DNA of 64,000 nucleotides from Ramazzottius varieornatus. Taxonomy: Eukaryota > Animalia > Tardigrada. The translations under genes were made by a program, and so were the position numbers. Positions 13,201 through 27,100 of the stretch are shown here, piece by piece. Within the stretch, counting starts at the first letter, position 1. The number at the start of each line of letters is the position of its first letter. The notes beneath the pieces were generated by a model that was not told where the DNA came from, ran no database searches, and saw only the letters and a program-made list of their open reading frames with translations. The stretch lies in contig BDGG01000001.1 of NCBI GenBank assembly GCA_001949185.1, forward strand, positions 3,895,624 through 3,959,623. Reading direction: 5' to 3'.

Positions 13201-14999
13201 CTTCTCAGTGGCGCGGTTGGTCAGTCGGCGCATCACGGGATCCATGCCGTCAAACACTCAGTTTAGTTTTTGGTATCATATGAAAGGTTCAGGGATAGAT
13301 TACCTGAGAGTTCTGGTCCAGAAGAGCAGCGAGGACTTCGAGGAAGTATGGAAGCGCGAAGGACATCAGAGTCCGAGGTGGATGAAGGCTTCGTTCGCAT
13401 TGCATCCATCCATCGGGTCGCGCCTCGTCATCGAGGCAGCGTTCATCCTGCCCAATCACATCATCGGGCTGGATGACATAGTGTACGCGGGTGAACTGGT
13501 ACCGGGCTTGTGGTTCCAGCAAGTGGAGGAAGCTTCTTGTGCGTTCGAGCCGAACACACCATGTAGCAGCTTCACTTCACCGGAAAACACACGCGGATTC
13601 GTGGCGCAAACCGGGCGAACCGGACCGATAACTGGACCAGAAGAAGGTTCGTATTCAAGATGATAAAAATGGCACTTTCAACCTTTTCATCACCGTTTGA
13701 AAAGCCTGGCAGTTTCTTTAGATGTTTCTCTCTTTCTGGCGATAAGTTCAGAACTCACTTTTTAGGGTTCGGATACGCGGTCACTGACTGCGTGTTCGAG
13801 CACCCACCTCTATACTTCGTCGAAACCGTGCTAGAGTTCCCACTGATTCGCAAGCCGCAAAACCAGGACACATTTCATATCCGAGTGTCTTTCTACTACG
13901 TTTTTTACGACCACTACCTTAATGGAAACGAGAACGGCAACATTGGACTGGAGCTAGCAGTGTACGAAATGGAAGCAGGAAATTCTAGTCTTCGCGACCC
14001 CATCTGGACAGCCCCTACGAATCAGTCTGATCCTCGATGGCGTTTTGCCGAGGTCTTCTACCAAAGCGACAAGGACTTGGCTTTGGAATTCTACGCTACT
14101 CAAGCGATTTGCGAATCGCCAATTGCCCTCGACGCCATCACAACAGAAATAGGTAATCAATTCCGTTAATTATTAACCTGTCATTTCCACCTCTGAAGTA
14201 TGTTTGGTTTCTAACACTAGCGCCAGATACTGAAAGTGGACTTCCGCCTACTTCGACACTCGCGCCCCCGTCAAGCATCTCGACCATTTCCACCATATCC
14301 CCCATCTCAAGCACCGATTCGACTACTGTCGACTCCGTCGGAACTTCGAGCTCGACCTCACCAATAACCACCTCATCTTCCCCAACGAGCCCCTCAATGA
14401 CACTCTGGACAGATAGCACTATAAGTTGGACCACTTCATCCACCACTAGCGCGACCATCAGTTCCAGCTTGACCTCTTCCACATCGGTCCCACCCAGCAC
14501 CACATCTACCAAGTTGCCCGCACCAGGCTCAACACCATCGCCACTACCTGGCTCGAGCTCACTGTCATCCCAAGCACCTGGGGTCAGCTCTACCAGTACG
14601 ACCTCCGGAACTCCCTCTTCCACAGTTACTACCATTAGTTCTTCGAGTTCAACCGTGCGTCCGTCCATTGATTCTACCCCGACCATGATTACATCGGCCA
14701 CCGATGGTACTGGTGATACGGTCCCACCACCCCCGCCACCTACATCGGGCAAGCGCTTCAGTACACAGACGATCGTCATCGTCGCAGTCTGCAGTGTGGC
14801 TGCTTTGCTTATTCTCATCGCAGTGGTGCTGTTCATAGCCAACCGTTCTAAAAAGAACAAGCGGGAACAAAACGCGGAAGCCGTGCTGTACCAGGCAAAT
14901 ATTGCCCAAGAAATGACTACACGACCACCAACGGGAGGGTCGGCGAACGGAAACGGAGCATTTCGACCCGGATCTTACAAAGTGAAAAAGTTTGAATGA
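7225..14999 (+). CDS. Large type I membrane glycoprotein with ~10 tandem MAM domains, Ser/Thr stalk, TM helix and short tail (MALRD1/AEGP-like but without LDLa modules)
   Basis: Signal peptide LCALLLFLSLESLVVA. MAM starts recur: CNFTYDFCDW, CDFENGICPGW, CSFEDGDFCSW, CSFELGDLCEW, CAFDSGLCEGW, CSFEEADGLCGW, CDFETGFCGW, CTFENGTCGW, CAFEPNTPC, with FWY/FYY and IAID/LDD ends. TM is IVIVAVCSVAALLILIAVVLFIA followed by RSKKNKR. Confidence 0.88.
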
Positions 15000-15163
15000 T
15001 TACTGTGTGGACCATGGTTTTGGGAATATTATTCATTTGATTGCATCTTTGGCTTGGAGCTGTAAAATTTGCTTAGTCAGTCAGATATATTTGTTTTGAA
15101 ATCGTTGTATCGTGAATCGTTAAACCCAATCTAGTTTTGAGATGAGGGAAGCTTTCTTTCGGT

Positions 15164-15169
15164 AATAAA
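15164..15169 (+). promoter_or_regulatory. Probable polyadenylation signal of the MAM gene
   Basis: AATAAA about 165 nt after the stop codon, in a T-rich 3' UTR. Confidence 0.5.
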
Positions 15170-15243
15170 ACTTTGATTCACAGGAGATGAGCAAACCGAG
15201 ATCACTGTCAACTGTGACCACATATCACTTTGTCAAATGTTTG

Positions 15244-18200
15244 TTACTGTTTGGCGGGATTCCATAAAGAGTCAGCTAGTCTTACTCTTAACCGTGCGCG
15301 TTCTTCTGTCGGAAGATCGTTGAAGAATTCCAGGCCTGTCAGTAATTCCACATCCCGTACGGTGGCCGTATGGGTCAGGAAGAAAGCTTCATCAAACTGC
15401 AAAGGAAAGTGGAGCGTGGGCGACTGGACAGAAACAAGTGCACACTAACCTGACAAGGAGGATCAGCTTCCGGTTGATGAGGAAAGACGAAAGAAATGAC
15501 ATCGAAATGACACGAGATTGCTTCGCACCGCGGCTCTAGTCTTTTCCGCGTCAGGATGACGTAGAAGTGTGAAGGCAGAGCTTGAAAATCCTGCAGCGAT
15601 CCCGAAGTTCTTCTGCAAGGAGAAGTTTCGTGTGTTCGAGACAACCTGGTGGCTTCTACAGCCTTCTTCGCGGTAACAGTGCGAAGAAACTCTCACCTTT
15701 GGAGAACGACGTCATCTGCAATACCGAAAGGCGGGACGAAGTCGAAGACAGTTCCAGTAAGAACCCGCATATGACGTTCGGGTATATCCCAGCTGACGAC
15801 CATTTCCCAAAAGCGTTTCCAGACGCCGTTACGAAAAGGCTCGTACATGGGCACAACGCCCGACGACAGTGTCACAGCTTTAGACTCATAGATACCACTA
15901 GCCAATTCTGGAAAGAGAAATACGGATGAGCTGGAAGTCGAACGACGAAAGTTCCATTTCATAGTACCTTCTGGGAAGAGGTAGGTGGGAATGACCGTCG
16001 TGGTGCCGACGGTGTGCCTACACAGCGGCTGTGAAGATGGCACCACCCTCGGATCTTCATGTTGACAGTTATCTGTCTGGTCTCCCCACGACCTGACTGC
16101 CGGAGACTGAGACAACCAAATGATCAGAGTGGTCTTACCAGACTGTAGAGAAGGCTATGAGAGACGCACTGGTGTTACGCTTACCGATAGCGAAGCAGAG
16201 CCGGACTTGGAGCTCTTCAAGCGGAAGGCCACCCACAGCGGGATACCACGTTGTTCCGAAAAGCTCGTAGTCCAGTGCTTATCGACGAGAAGAACAGTCT
16301 TCGAGTCTTTATCCGCTACGATGGGTATGCCAAAGTTTCCCACGTGCAGACCAACCATATCCTCGCGCTCATTGTCCGTTACTTGTGCCGGAATCTACAT
16401 GCCAAGAATCGATGAGACCGGGGTTCCGGCGACCACTTCACAAGGTCATTCAAACGACAAGCGTGCATTTTCTCAGACGTACAGTAACTCACCTGTTGGC
16501 ATGTACTGCTGGCTCCGCACAATGGTACAACAGCACCCGTGATGGAGCCAGCCACGGTGAAGTTTGCTAAGCTGGTCGGCGACGGCCTCGGACGGTTCGT
16601 CGAGTGTCTCAACAGATGCAAGAGGCTTCCGTCAGTCCCGTTATTACCAACCGCCTGAATGTCTAACATTTCCGCAAAGAGATTGTACAGCTCGACGTTC
16701 TGGAATGGCTCGACTGTGACATTTGTGCGAAAACTCGGCCCATACGCGATAAAAATCGCCCTCATTTCGAAAAACACCGGGTCCCAGCCATGAAACGCGT
16801 AGACCCTCGAGTAGTTCTTGTGCGACTCAGAGTGCAAGGCGTGGGTGATGTTGGCTGTCAACAGGATCGGAGCTATTCTATCCGAGTTGGTGTGGTGGTA
16901 CCGTCGGGGAATCGTTCTGTTAGTGTATACGCGGTAGGGGGAAGACCGGTCCGTACACTGCAGTGTTTCGGCTATCTTATCCACTGCCGCACCACCCGGA
17001 AGTGGCGCTATTCGGTTATGTGATCCAAGACCCTAAACACATTAACAATGATAAATCAATAACGTAACAAGATGCGTGTACCTAAAAGTTTGGTGGTTCC
17101 GATTTGAGACATACATCGAATATGTTGATTTTAGTGAGCTCGGACGCGGTCAGTTTGTCTTTCAGAACGCCAGTAGGATAGGTTGTGTAGCTGTAGTCAG
17201 CGAGGCCATGGTCGGAAAGGAAGATGACGTCGACACAGTCCATCAGCCTGTTCTCAGCCAGACCCTGCATCAGAGATCCCACGAACTCGTTCACAGACGC
17301 GATGGCCTTGGCGAACTCAGCACTATACAATCCCTTGTTGTGCGCTGAAAGCAGCAAGAAAGACGAGTTTTAATCACGATTTTTGTAGTTTGGTATTCGT
17401 AAAAAGATACCCGGAACGTGCTGCGCTGTTTCTAAAATCATTCTATCGACTCTTAAAGTAGAAAACTCAAAACTAACCTGTCCAGTCGGGTTCTGGATAG
17501 TATGACAAAATCAGGTCCGGACGAGATTCTCTCTCGAGAGTTAAGAAGTCGATCAGTGTCTTGACGCGAGATTGAACTGTTTCGTTGAGTGTAAACTTCA
17601 CCCAGTGATCCGGCTGCACGCCATTGATTATAGCCTATGGAGAAAACACGCCGAGTCAATCAAGTAAAGTTTCAGGGGACGTTTTCCAAAGAAGTGAAGT
17701 GATACCTGACCTCGCTACCAGGCCAAAAATGAGCGAATACTTTCCGACCTTGTTTCTTCGCTATCTCCCAAATTGGCCTGCCTTTCCACCATTCCGGCTC
17801 GAAGCGGGACTTCAAGTAAGTTGCGAACGTCTTTGAGAAATCGGCATTGGAAAAAGTGTTATCGATAATGCCGTGAGATTCCGGATAGAGACCAGTCACT
17901 ATGGAATAATGATTGGGGAAGGTGTTTGATGGATACACCGGACGCATGTGTGGAGCTCGAAGGCCATGCTCTGCAACCATCCGGAGAGCATGTGTATTCT
18001 GTAGAAGATCTGCACGGAAGCCGTCGAACGACACCACCAGCAGTGGTGGACGATCAGCATAGCTAGGGATACAACAAACCGAACTTATCATCAAAAATCG
18101 AACATTCGTACAAAGGTTACATGGATAGCTTGGGTAACTCGGCCACCCCCAGATACCATGCCTGTAGTAGTTATCGATCCTGAGCGTGGCCGAGTTACTT

Positions 18201-18844
18201 GGCTTGCCTCGCACTGCTTCCCCAAAACGTAGCATTAGCAAGTTGGGCGTTAGTGTGGTCGAAAGGCGAAATGCAACAGAAGAACTTACCTTCGCGGACA
18301 TCGGGCAAAGTCAGGAGTAAACGCAATCTGGTCCGTCCATATTCTCGAACTTTTTGAACCGAAAGAACACTGAGGATTGTCGCTGTCCGCTGAGTTTGGC
18401 GTATTTCGTCGTATGAGGAATCCGATCAGAAAACACAGCGCGCACGCCGCGGTGACTGCGAAGTATCTTCTCGTACGATGAATCCATGCTGCTTTCTGCG
18501 AAACATTCAACAATGAAGAGGCGGAGAACGCAATGAGGAAAATCAGCGCAAACGGTATGTAAGGAGGAAGCAAACCTTGGAAGCAGGTGTTGCGAATGCG
18601 CTGTTTCCATTCTCGAAGCTAAAGTTGAGCGACTCGACCGATCCTCGATCCCGATCACTTCGTCGTATCTTCGTGCCATGACCGTTAACAGCTGGCCGAT
18701 CCTGAAAACCGCGGGACAAATTGCTAAATGAACAGCGGTGAGAATGCAGAGATGGGTATTAAGTGAGCATGCGCATACCAGTGATATCGGAGTCAGCTCC
18801 ATGTCCTCCTCTTCCTCCGTGTTAAGCAACTGGAACGACTCCAT
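15244..18844 (-). CDS. Ectonucleotide pyrophosphatase/phosphodiesterase (ENPP1/3-like), type II membrane protein with C-terminal nuclease-like domain
   Basis: Catalytic and metal-ligand motifs are intact: LLVVSFDGFR, PSNTFPNHYSIVTGLYPESHGII (catalytic Thr), EPDWTAH, SDHG, FHGWD, FIAYGPSF, FQNVELYNL. N-terminal TM is FAVTAACALCFLIGFLI. The C-terminus reads LPSHFYVIL...VRDVELLTGLEFF...SLWNPAKQ*. Confidence 0.92.
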
Positions 18845-18977
18845 ACGTAGCTCAGCCTATGGTGATGAACCTACTTCCACGCCGCATTGTTCTGGAACCT
18901 CGTCACTGTCGTCACCTCGCCGAGACGACCATATGCTTAATGCATAGGCGACTACGGTAGAACCTCTTCAACTTTTG

Positions 18978-19018
18978 GGAATGATCGGAATGATCGGAAA
19001 GTCGGAAAATCGGAAAAG
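18978..19018. repeat. Short degenerate tandem array of TCGGAA units in the ENPP/tetraspanin divergent region
   Basis: ggaatgatcggaatgatcggaaagtcggaaaatcggaaaag. Confidence 0.7.
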
Positions 19019-20991
19019 TATAAATTTTGTGAATTATTTTGATTGTTGAATCTGTAATCTGTATTATGACTTGCCCGCTTCGCTCAGTCAACCGTGTAGT
19101 AAAAAGTTATGCGGGCGATGTGACTCACTAGTACAACTTTTGCCGAGAGGGGTAGTGAACCGCCGCTTCGTCCAGAGTTGTATGATGATGTCATCACGCC
19201 TCCGTCGGTGAGAAAATTTTCACGAACGGAACAGCTGCGTGCTATTTTCCTTTGCTTGGCAAGGAAACCGGTTTTTTCTTTCTGTTTTGCAGGTTCCTTC
19301 ACGGTCGCAAAAGCCACCATCACGCTGCTGTGGCGCCAGATAGCCCGGGGAGGAAAGGAGTGCTGTGAGCGGCGGTCGATGGTGTTCGCGTGATCATAAA
19401 CCGTGTGTTTTCCCTACAAGGCCGAGTCTGCATCGGTGGTCAGTAGGTGACAGTCAGCATCACCACCATCACTGTTTCCATCAAGCCTAATTGATTCCGT
19501 ACGCAAGACGGAGGTGAGTATTATCTAACGATCCCTACCGTCTGTTTGTTGTTGTGAATATTCAGACTTGCCTTTCAACGAATGCGTATTTCGGATTCGG
19601 GGACCCACCGGAAGTGGAAGCCCTTACACTATACAACCGACCGGAAGTCGGTTCGCTAGACAGTTTCTTGTGCTTCTTCGATGGGTGGAGGTTTTTTGTA
19701 CAACATGAGTGCTTTGACGAGCTGTTTTCCTACGAATCCATCACAAGAAGATGGCCCGTCAGCAAATACCGTTTGACTCATCGGACTTTTCTGCTTACAG
19801 GTTTCGCAAACAGTCAAGTTCGGTCAACAGCGCCCCCGAGTACAGTACCGCGTTTTCTCTGCAAGAGTATCATTCTCTGGAACAAACACCGACGATGGAT
19901 CGTCCGGAAGCGCTGGCTGAGTCACTGTAAGGGGAAATCGTAATGCCAGGTGGTCCTTCATACCATCGGGTGATTCATAGTAGCGGACCGCGAGGCGCCA
20001 TCGATTTTTTACCTGCTGGTGTTTTGTGATCGCCTTTGACAACGAGAGGTAGGCTTATGTTTGTGTTCAATGATCAGCGATCAAAGTGCCGTAGAGAGAC
20101 TGGTGTTTGTGCTTTTCGGCGAGGTCGTGGCTGTACTTGATGAAATGTGGGTGTCTTTGTCGATTCGCAGAGAAAACTTGTGCGCGCAAGTATGCCTAGC
20201 TCTGCTGAAAATAACTCGAGTTACCTTCCTAGCTAAGCCTTCCTCGTTGCTGACGGAATACGCTGCGGTCGCTGCTTAATCTTCTCAGTTTCTTATCCAT
20301 TCTGAATATTACAACATGGATGCTGTTTAACTGTGTTACAGAGCCAGCTTTATCCAGCCAAACGTCAACGATAAATCATCGACAGGATAGTTGACTCTAT
20401 ATTGACTGTCAACATTGAAGGATCACGTCGAGTATTCAACAAGAGGATACCATCAACAGCAAAACGAGAGGTTGGTGCACGTAGAATTGGACCGTGTGAC
20501 CGATTGAATGCTAACGAATCGTTGTACGGTAACGATTACGCAAGTTTCCGAACTGGTCTAACAAGACCTCACAGCCATGGTAATGAGCCAATCTTTTCCG
20601 TCGCCCATCAAGCTTCGCTGTATGAGCGAATTTTTATGATTTATTGGAAAGTGCTATTGTTAACCCGAAGAATTAACGACTATTAATAGGTAGGAAATTT
20701 GAGCCTTTCGCTTAATGAAGTACAACTATGATTCACGTATTGGGTTATGCTAAGGATCTAAGTGTCGCTGAAAGAGCGGATCGATAATTGATTATTAGCT
20801 ATGGAAATATGGGTCAGGAGCGCCGGAATGTGTCAGATGCTTTTTCTGAAGACTCGTTAAACTTTTGTGGAATTCCGCAAATGTCACGGCTTCGACTATT
20901 CTATCCTCCAGAATGAAGACAGCTGAGATTCTGCAAAAGCTCCAACCAACCGTTTTTTGCGGTGTTTTGCAGATAAGCTCGTCGTTCCATA

Positions 20992-22690
20992 ATGGGTTGC
21001 TTCGGGTTCCTCAAAGTTATCCTGATCATCTTCTCCGTCTGTTACATCCTCGTCGGCCTGGGTCTTTTAGCGGTCGCGCTATGGATTCGCTTCGGTTACC
21101 TGCAGGATGCCGATTGTGCGCTGAACCAAGGCAGCGATTACTTCAACATTGCTCTTTACATCGCCATGGGCATCGGCGGCTTCCTGGTTCTCCTGGGCAT
21201 CATGGGATGTGCGGGAACGTTGAGAATTAGCCTGTGCCTGCTAGCGAACTTTGCCGTATTGGTGGTAGCAGCCATCGGAGGCCTCATAGCGGTGTGCGTG
21301 CTTGCTTACATCTACCAAGACCGCATCCTTCAGAGCGTGCAAGTCATGATGAACCAGTGGGTTCAGAACGGTTACGGGCAGAACCCCACGCTAAGTGGGA
21401 ATCCCCGATGTGCCAGGTAAACTACCACTGGTTCGCCTTTTAGGACTTAGCTTTCCGCGATTGTCCCGATTAATTCGCGCAGTATACTAGTTTGACGGTA
21501 ATTTTGCAGTGGATATGCCTTCGACGTGCTTCAGCGAACCTTCCAATGTTGTGGCGTGAACGGACCATTAGACTTCGCTACGATCGTATGTCTGTTTTTC
21601 GAAATGTTTTTGGTGATGGTGATGAGAAAATGTATTACTGAAGTACCGTAGTTATTTGTTGGTTTGGATTTAGGGTGTGAGGCCTTCTTGCTGTCGATTT
21701 CCAAACAACTGTCCATACCAAACACCGAACTTTGTGAATCAGGTTTCCAATGTTTTCAATGGAAACAGTCCAGTTATCAACAACAATACGCCGGTAAGGT
21801 CGAATTACGTTCTTTGCTATTGGGCACAATGCCATTGATTCATTTCTAGAAGCTGACTTCGAGTTTGAAGTTTCTTTCCGTCAGCGAATTGCTTCGGTTG
21901 ACTTTGATTTTCCCATGATCGATGCAAATGTTCAAATTTCCAGGTAACGTCAAGCATGTCCATAGCGGACGCCATCGCCAGCGGTCAGATATTTGGCCAA
22001 GGCTGTGGACAAAAGCTGAGGGATCATTATGCCAAAGCTATGCAAGGAATTGTTGGTCTTTCAGGTAAGAAGCCAAGACGCATTTCTGAACCAGTTCTTG
22101 AGATGACAGAGCTGCGGATAATGCCATTGTTACATTATGGTTTGGCACTCGTGCATGTGGCTGTAGCGTAGGGATTGGTCACGAGCTCATGTGTGCTTTG
22201 TCGGACATGAACCGATATGCCGGTTGAGAAGTTTGATGATAGAGCTGAGGTACCCAGTCAAGTTGAGCTCGTCAAAGCTCTTCGCGGCTCTTCACACTGT
22301 TGACATAGCAGATTTGGTGCCGATGGATCCACCTGCCGTGCTCCCACCAAAATAAAAAAGCCCGGCAAGAGCTCTGTGCTGAACTTTCTGGAAAAATATG
22401 TACTGAAAGTCTTTGAATCGAACACTATCACGAACGAAGAACCACAACGGGAAGGTCTGCAAACAATACTCAACCCGCCACGTACCTGCATACAGGAAGA
22501 ACTCGCATATGCAATAGGATCTTAGTATGCAGGTGCATGAAGAATTGAGTTACCGCTTTTTTGTGTTATACTTGCATTGAGCGTGATCGAAAGAATGAAA
22601 ATTTAAGCTGTTTTCTGTTTTACAGGTGGAATAGCAGGATTCATGCTGCTCGGATTCGTCTTTGCCATTGCTTTTTGCTGCGTTATGTGA
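20992..22690 (+). CDS. Tetraspanin
   Basis: Three N-terminal TM helices in MGCFGFLKVIL...VLAYIY, then EC2 motifs FQCCGVNG, PSCC and GC, and a final TM exon GGIAGFMLLGFVFAIAFCCVM*. A probable non-coding first exon ends at the donor gtgagt (~19513). Confidence 0.92.
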
Positions 22691-24114
22691 AGTGGAACGA
22701 CCGCGAGCACTCAGTCATGGAGCGCACCTATTTGTTTCTTTTTCGAACAATTACTGTAGTGCTACCAGATTATCGCGCACTCAACCACGTGAACAGTAAA
22801 TGATGCCCCGGTGAGAGTCATTGAAGCTACAACGATTCATCTGATCGTACTGGGCAACGATGACTCTTCACGTGGTTGAGTGCGCGATAATTTGGTAGCA
22901 CTACAGTACCTGTACGTTGGTTTCACATGTTGAAAGCACAGGTGGATACTTATGAAGTTCAGAGAAGGGGTTAACGGATAAGATCTTATTTTATCTGTTA
23001 TTGATTTTCCATCATATCCACTTATGCCATTTGTTGGACCATAGTTTTTGAATTTCATTCGGAGAAGAGATTGGACAATCGTTGTTTTCGTTCCTTTTAC
23101 TCGATATGTACTAATCAGCGTACAATTCATCCGGCCAACTTGTGCTTTTTGTTTTGCGCCTGATTTTACTTGGTTTTCTTTACTTTTATCCAAGTTTCGT
23201 ATGAATTTTATTGAACATTATGGAGCGATGTTTTGTCGTCAACATCTGCCAGCAACTGCCATAACTTTTAAGTGGGTTACGCAAACGTCTGCCTTCGGAC
23301 TAATGCCACAGGTACAGTACTCAAATATGAGTGCGATATTGATCCATACAAACGTTGTTTGGGTAGGCGGAAGCGCATTGTGACGAGCCCATCATTGACT
23401 CACATACCTGTCCTGTATTCATGACTGTAATAACAGAGCATTACCGGCGCATTGTCACAAGGTTTGACCGCCCTCAAACGCGAGGTCGACATTAAAATGT
23501 CACCTGCATGCACTTGCGGACTAACCAACGATGGCAGGGTAGGTAACCAGAAGGTGGAGCTCGCGGATCTTCTGTAACGTTTGAAAGTTCCGTTATTCGG
23601 GGACCCGGAGGCACATGGGACGAGGGTGGACGGGCTGAGCAAAAAATTTCCTGGAGCGGCGCTCTGTTTCCCTGTAACATGCTGGTAGCATGCGCTGCTT
23701 GGAAAACGATCTGGTTCAAGCCATTTGCCTACGTTACATATCACCAAAAGCTCGACGCTTGACATAGGGAATTTTATAGCTGCCTCACAGGTATATCAGA
23801 AGAATATTTCGACTGTTTTCTACATTAAACAGTAACAAGCAACGTGCGTACGAGACAGAGTAAAGGGGGTATATGGTGGAAAGAGGATAGTATGACTGCA
23901 AGCAAACATGCACAGCATGCACTGGCAGCACAACATTTCTGCTCCACTAGCCGAGGAACCCAAAACTCGAGAAAAGAGGCATACCAAATCAAAGGCAAGT
24001 TCACAATAAACTTTGGCAAGAAAATGAGATGGAGCAAAAGACAGAGGTCAAGTCTAGTTTCTGAACCAAGTGGCTGCGTTTTATTCTTTCTTTCTTTCCT
24101 CTTCCCTTCCACAT

Positions 24115-27100
24115 TCATGCGTTGTTGACTGACACCTTTCCACTGTAGATGGACTCGTTGCTGGCGTAGATGGTCGTGTAAGGAGAAGACTGCAAGACAA
24201 AGGGGACGTACAAGGTGTCTTCGTTCCTTCGAAGGACCTTCAGCTCACTGTGCAGCGCGGCGAAGTCTGGACGAGCTTCCGGGTCTCCCGTCCAGCACTT
24301 CAGCATCAGCAGGTATCTGTAATAGTAAAGAACCCCCAGAATATCAACCGCAATAACAACACACACTTTTTAATCAATCAACCGTTCAAAAACAATTTGT
24401 AGTTTTCAGCACACAAGGTCAAGTTGAAACTTACACATCTGGAGGGCAATTAGACGGAGCTTCCATGCGTCGACCAGTCTGCAAATACAGCTCGAGGTCC
24501 CGTGGGTGGTTGATGCTTGGGTAAGGAGAACCGCCCAGAGAGAAGATCTCATGCAGAAGGACGCCAAAGGACCAAACGTCGCTCTTGGTCGAGTAGTGAT
24601 TGTCTTGCCCAAAAGCTTCCGGAGCCAGCCACTTCCAGGGTAGCTTGGCGTCCTGCGTCAGGCGTCGGTAGTACGTCGAGGTGATGTGGCGAGCCAGCCC
24701 GAAATCTGTCACCTAAGCCAAGAAAGAAACGCTTAATTGATAGTTCTCTTGATGATCTGTTAACTACATGGGATTCCGCCTACAGCGTTTTTCCAAGTGG
24801 CGCACTTTACAAGTGTCATTGGTGGACAGGGTGCGCGAGTTTGGATCAGACGATTCATCTATATGGTTTAGAGTACTCGTACCTTCATCTTGTAGTCGGA
24901 CGTGACCAACACATTCCGCGCAGCCAAATCTCGATGGACGATGTTATGCTTAGCCAGGTGATCCATGCCTGCCGCAATCTGCGCTGAGAAGTCCAGGAAC
25001 TCTTCAGAGCGAGAAGCCATGGCCAGTCGGTCCGCCGGATCAGTGCTGTTGGCCATCACGTTGTATCGGAGCAGCAAGCGCTTGAGGTCCCCACGAGTAC
25101 AGTACTCCAAGACCAGGAAGATGTCTTGACCCGACACTCCTTCCGTGTTAGCACTGCCGATCAGTGCCACCACGTTCAGGTGAGGAGGAAGCTTCTTCAA
25201 CACGTCGATTTCTTTCTTCAACGCTTCCCGTTCCGCCTCGGATTCCACACCTACAACAACAGACCGAAATGTGAACCGCTCCCATCATTCAGACCAAAAC
25301 CGTACTGGAAGAGAACTACAGTCGCTTAGCCTGACTATCGGAATGCTAGATTATGGTCTGACCTTTGACTGTCTTGATGGCAACTTCGATTCTTGGTCGA
25401 GTGGTGTCGGGGACAAACTCGAAATGGTCCACGGATCCGAAGGCACCTTGAGCGATGTGGTCGATGTAACGAAGGTGGCTGGACTTGACGGAGCCTGCGT
25501 ACGGAGGATACAGCTGAATTTCGTAGGAACAGACGGGAAGGTCTTGTGGGCGAGCCGGTGTTGCCGACGGAAGGTAGACATCGTTCCAAGAAATACCCTG
25601 TGAACAGCAACAGAATTGGCGAATGGGCTCGAAATGGATTACACCGTAAGATGCTGTGGTGATAAAGTACCTGCTTCACACAAGGAGCGATCAAGGGAGT
25701 GGGCGAACTGTGTCTTCTGCTATTTCGTCGAGCGCGCCGCCTCTTGAACCAGCACCCAAGCAGAAGAAGGAAGAATGCACCGATCAACAAGCATACTCCC
25801 ACCAGGATCATGTTTGTCGGTGTTTCCAGCTGCTGCCAAGTGGTCAGCGAAGGCTGATCTGTTGCCGATGCCAATGTGGACGTCGGAGTCCAACTTTGCG
25901 AACCGAAACAAGCTGGGAATCCAGAAAAAAAGAAAGTAAAACATACTATCAACGGAAGTTTCAAGAGCACCGTTTTCACAATCAGGTCTGAATACGAGAT
26001 TCGCCATCTCGGGAATGTGGATCGAAGCGAAACTCTAGCCCTCACAAAGCCCACAAAAAAGAAACCTGGTTCTCACCGGGAGCGTCCACCCTCTTGTCGA
26101 CGGCTTCTCCGTATCCTTTCTTTCCACCCTTGGCTCGTACGCCAACGTTGTATTTTCGACCGCATTTAATGTTAGGAATCGTGACGAAAGTCTGAAAACA
26201 GAAAAACCGTCGCGGAAGTCAGCCTACTTTCTCTGTTCGTCATTTTAATATTTCGCAACAACACCAAACACTAATCTTAGAAGGGACTGTCGAAGTACTC
26301 ACCTCCGTCGTTTCGACAGTCTTGGGTCCAAAGCGTTTTAGCTCATCGGGGATCACTCCGTTCTCGAATATGGGATTCCAGTAGACCTGGTAGGAGTACT
26401 TGACCGGTTGCGCTGACTGTGACGTTGCGAAAGGTGGCTCCCAGGTTAGCGCCAGGGTCGAGTCGCTCGTCGGGGCGTAGATCGACGGCTCTATCTTGAT
26501 CGTCAGATTGCTTGGCTCAGGCGCATCTGCATGCAAACAACATTCATTGTTCGACAGCCAAGCACTTGAACGTGCAAACCACATGGCTCTGCTTACAACA
26601 CAGGTCAAGATTGAAACCACTGGCTTTTAAGCAACCCGGAGTTGTCAGGCTTGCCAAGAGAACATCATCCTTCTCTTCCGGTACCCGATTTTCACATTTG
26701 GTACTGCCGCGAAGCTCGTATCTGTCCTTGAACTGAAGTCCCGTCAGGTGAAGCTCAGCCTTCTTTTGTTCAACTTCGCCAACCTAAAGGTCAAAACCTG
26801 CCTAAATTCACATACTCACAGAAGAGAGCTACAAGGGATACAACTGAGTACGTGGTTCCGAAACCTCCGAACTTAAGCTTACCCCATCGTCTCTGATTCT
26901 TAGAGCGACGACGACAGGCTGTATCCGGTCTCCACTTCCGTCCAACAGAGCGAACTTGTATAAGCAGTTAGAACCTACGGTGCATCGTACTCATCCGATT
27001 ATGATACACGAACTTGAACAAGGAACGATGGCCGATGGGGGTTATGAACGTACCGGGAACTGGAGGAAAGGCTATCGTGAGGAATAGCGAGGAATCGGTC

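Noticed and set aside
14138-14860. 240-aa Val/Glu/Gly-rich minus-strand ORF
   Set aside because: It is the antisense shadow of the Ser/Thr stalk of the MAM gene.
22800-24100. Short ORFs between the tetraspanin and RTK 3' ends
   Set aside because: No consistent exon chain or motifs. The region looks like convergent 3' UTR or intergenic DNA.
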